From positions 27,590,001 through 27,654,000 of the forward strand of contig NC_042998.1 of NCBI RefSeq assembly GCF_006345805.1: a DNA stretch of 64,000 nt. Direction: 5' to 3'. The DNA is from Octopus sinensis. Taxonomy: Eukaryota. The notes beneath the pieces are model-generated. The model did no database searches and was not told the origin of the DNA. It saw nothing but the letters and a program-made list of their open reading frames with translations. Position 1 is the stretch's first letter; each line of letters opens with the position of its first letter. The translations under genes were made by a program, and so were the position numbers. Shown here one piece after another: positions 62,101-64,000 of the stretch.

Positions 62101-63235
62101 TTATCTGAATCCATTCTTAATCTGAATAGAATATAAACTAGATGGCTCTTTGGCTGAGAGTTTTGCTCCTGCTTAAAGAAGTTAAGAGATGAATAGAACT
62201 AGAGTATACAAGGCAATACTTACCAGAACATCTCATATACGACTTCGCAGGAAATAGAATTATATGTATAGAGTATATTTCCAGAGGGGAAAATATTTCC
62301 TATAATACATGCTTTATTGTTTGGTAAGCACAAAGTTTGTATATTGAAAACGTCATGCAAAAAAATAAGATGGCTGCTGGAAATAATAATCAAATCTCCC
62401 TTAAATCTCATCATAACGAGTTAAAAAAAAAAGGAGACGTTGATAATATATTAAATACATTAAGCATGTGAAAGCGCATGGCTCAGTGGTTAGAGCGTCG
62501 AGCTTACGATCGTGAGGTTGTGAGCTCGAATCCCGGACCGGGCTGCGTGTTGTGTTCTTGAGCAAAACACTTTATTTCACGTTGCTCCAGTTCACTCAGC
62601 TGTAGAAATGAGTAGCGACGTCACTGGTGCCAAGCTGTATCGACCTTTGTCTTTCCCTTGGATAACACTGGCGGCGTGGAGAGGGGAGGCTGGTATGCAT
62701 GGGCGACTGCTGGTCTTCCATAAACAACCTTGCCCGGACTTGTGTCTAGGAGGGTAACTTTCTAGGTGCAATCCCATGGTCATTCATGACCGAAGGGGGT
62801 CTTTTACATTAAGCATGGAAAAAAAAAAGGATCTAGCCTTTGATCGTAAGTCTGACTTTGAGCTAAAATCAATAATGGCAGCATCTTTGGATCTGACCAC
62901 AAGTTCTTGTAGTTTAGTTCGATTTCAATTCTGACGAAGCTAATTTATGCTCAAAGACATTCCAGCCGCGACCATCTTGTATTTTTTTAGATGTATAGGA
63001 TTAATTAGTTTTATATATTTTCCACTTTTAAGGCAGTAGCGTGTGATTCGAGGAAGATTTAACTTCTATGTTTAGCAGGTCGTGCAACTACGTACATCCA
63101 ACCTTAGTGGCTCGTTGTAACTATCTAATGAATAATTGTCAAATCATACATGGAAGACGTCCGTATGGAAATTAGTAAACGAATGAACAATAAGATTAAA
63201 TACCGAGGCAAAAAAAATGTATAAGAGAATGTATT
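59057..63235. repeat. Three tandem copies of a ~1287-bp segment
   Basis: AGGTGTTTCGCTCATAAAC at 59057, 60344 and 61630; the third copy carries an extra SINE. Confidence 0.95.
62469..62804 (+). mobile_element. SINE head type D, tail Y, with 13-bp TSD
   Basis: TACATTAAGCATG at 62456-62468 and 62805-62817; the empty site is visible in the two paralogous units. Confidence 0.92.
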
Positions 63236-63369
63236 GCATCTGGTTCTCTGTGAATGTGCGAGAATGTAACTACATTCGAGTTTGTTTAGTAAAAAAGTGG
63301 TTAAAACTTGAAGTGACCGGAGTTTGGAGCGGGAATCCAGATTGTTTATATAGGCATATATATTGTATT

Positions 63370-63682
63370 TTTTTTTATGCGTCCTTTTCAAGCCTAGCCA
63401 GGCTTATGGGCCCGGTTTCCCAGTTTCTGTGGCGTATGTGTTCCCCCCAGCTGGACGGGACGCCAGTCCATCGCAGCGTTATTCAAGAAACAGGAAGAAA
63501 GAGCGAGAGAAAGTTAGGGCGAAAGAGTACAACAAGGTCGCCACCCCCACTCCTGCTTGAGCCTCGTGGAGATTTAGGTGTTTTCGCTCAATAAATACAC
63601 ACAACGCCCGGTCTGGGAATCGACACCGCGATCCTCCGACCGCGAGTCTGCTGCCCTAACCACCGGGCCATTGCGCCTCCAC
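63370..63682 (-). mobile_element. SINE head type A, tail W
   Basis: Family match. Confidence 0.85.
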
Positions 63683-63799
63683 GCATATATATTTACTTAA
63701 AGTGTATTATTTCTAGTTTATGAGATAACTGGTTACGAATGCATGGATCAATAAATTGCAAAATGTTAAGCAATGTGTAAATAATATTTAAAAGAAAGA

Positions 63800-64000
63800 A
63801 GGTGGCAGAATTGTTAGCGTATCGGACAAAATGCTTTGCGGTATTTCATCCGTTTTTGTGTTCGAAGTTCGAATTCCACCGAAGTCGACTTTGTCTTTCA
63901 TGCTTTTGATGTCAATAAAATAAGCACCAGTCGAGCACTGGGGTCGATGTAATCGACTTAACCTTTACCCTGACTTGCTGTTCTTGTGCCGAAATTTGAA
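63800..64000 (+). mobile_element. Degenerate Deu/Nin SINE running to the window end
   Basis: Diverged family match. Confidence 0.75.

Noticed and set aside
59688-62114. Repeated 60-76-aa ORFs
   Set aside because: They recur only because of the 1287-bp duplication, and their ends vary with homopolymer indels.

Overview
AT-rich, repeat-saturated eukaryotic DNA, not prokaryotic. The SINE families, the very long (AT)n/(CA)n/(TATG)n microsatellites and the repeat landscape match what I recall of octopus (coleoid cephalopod) genomes; the species assignment is an inference. I could not support any intact host protein-coding gene, rRNA, true tRNA or CRISPR array, so the window looks intronic or intergenic. 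It is built from four tRNA-derived SINE head types (>30 copies), decayed LINEs (R4/Dong-like and Hero-like restriction-like-endonuclease elements, RTE, CR1/L2-like), Penelope-like remnants and decayed DNA transposons. The DNA transposons are a near-complete Tigger/pogo, three mariners, a rosa-like Tc1/mariner, MITEs and a non-autonomous Helitron. The most interesting signals are: (1) six hammerhead-ribozyme-like motifs in short non-coding units, four of them in or beside (AT)n tracts and one folded back into a perfect 62-bp palindrome; (2) a TSD-flanked, retroposed-looking 626-bp insert carrying a stop-free ORF I cannot assign; (3) Deu/Nin-type SINE multimers that reuse the same two junctions at independent loci; (4) several local fold-back and tandem rearrangements; (5) two CCAAT-rich degenerate ~55-60-bp arrays. 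All alignments, folds and translations were done by eye, and most element boundaries are approximate to about 10-20 bp.
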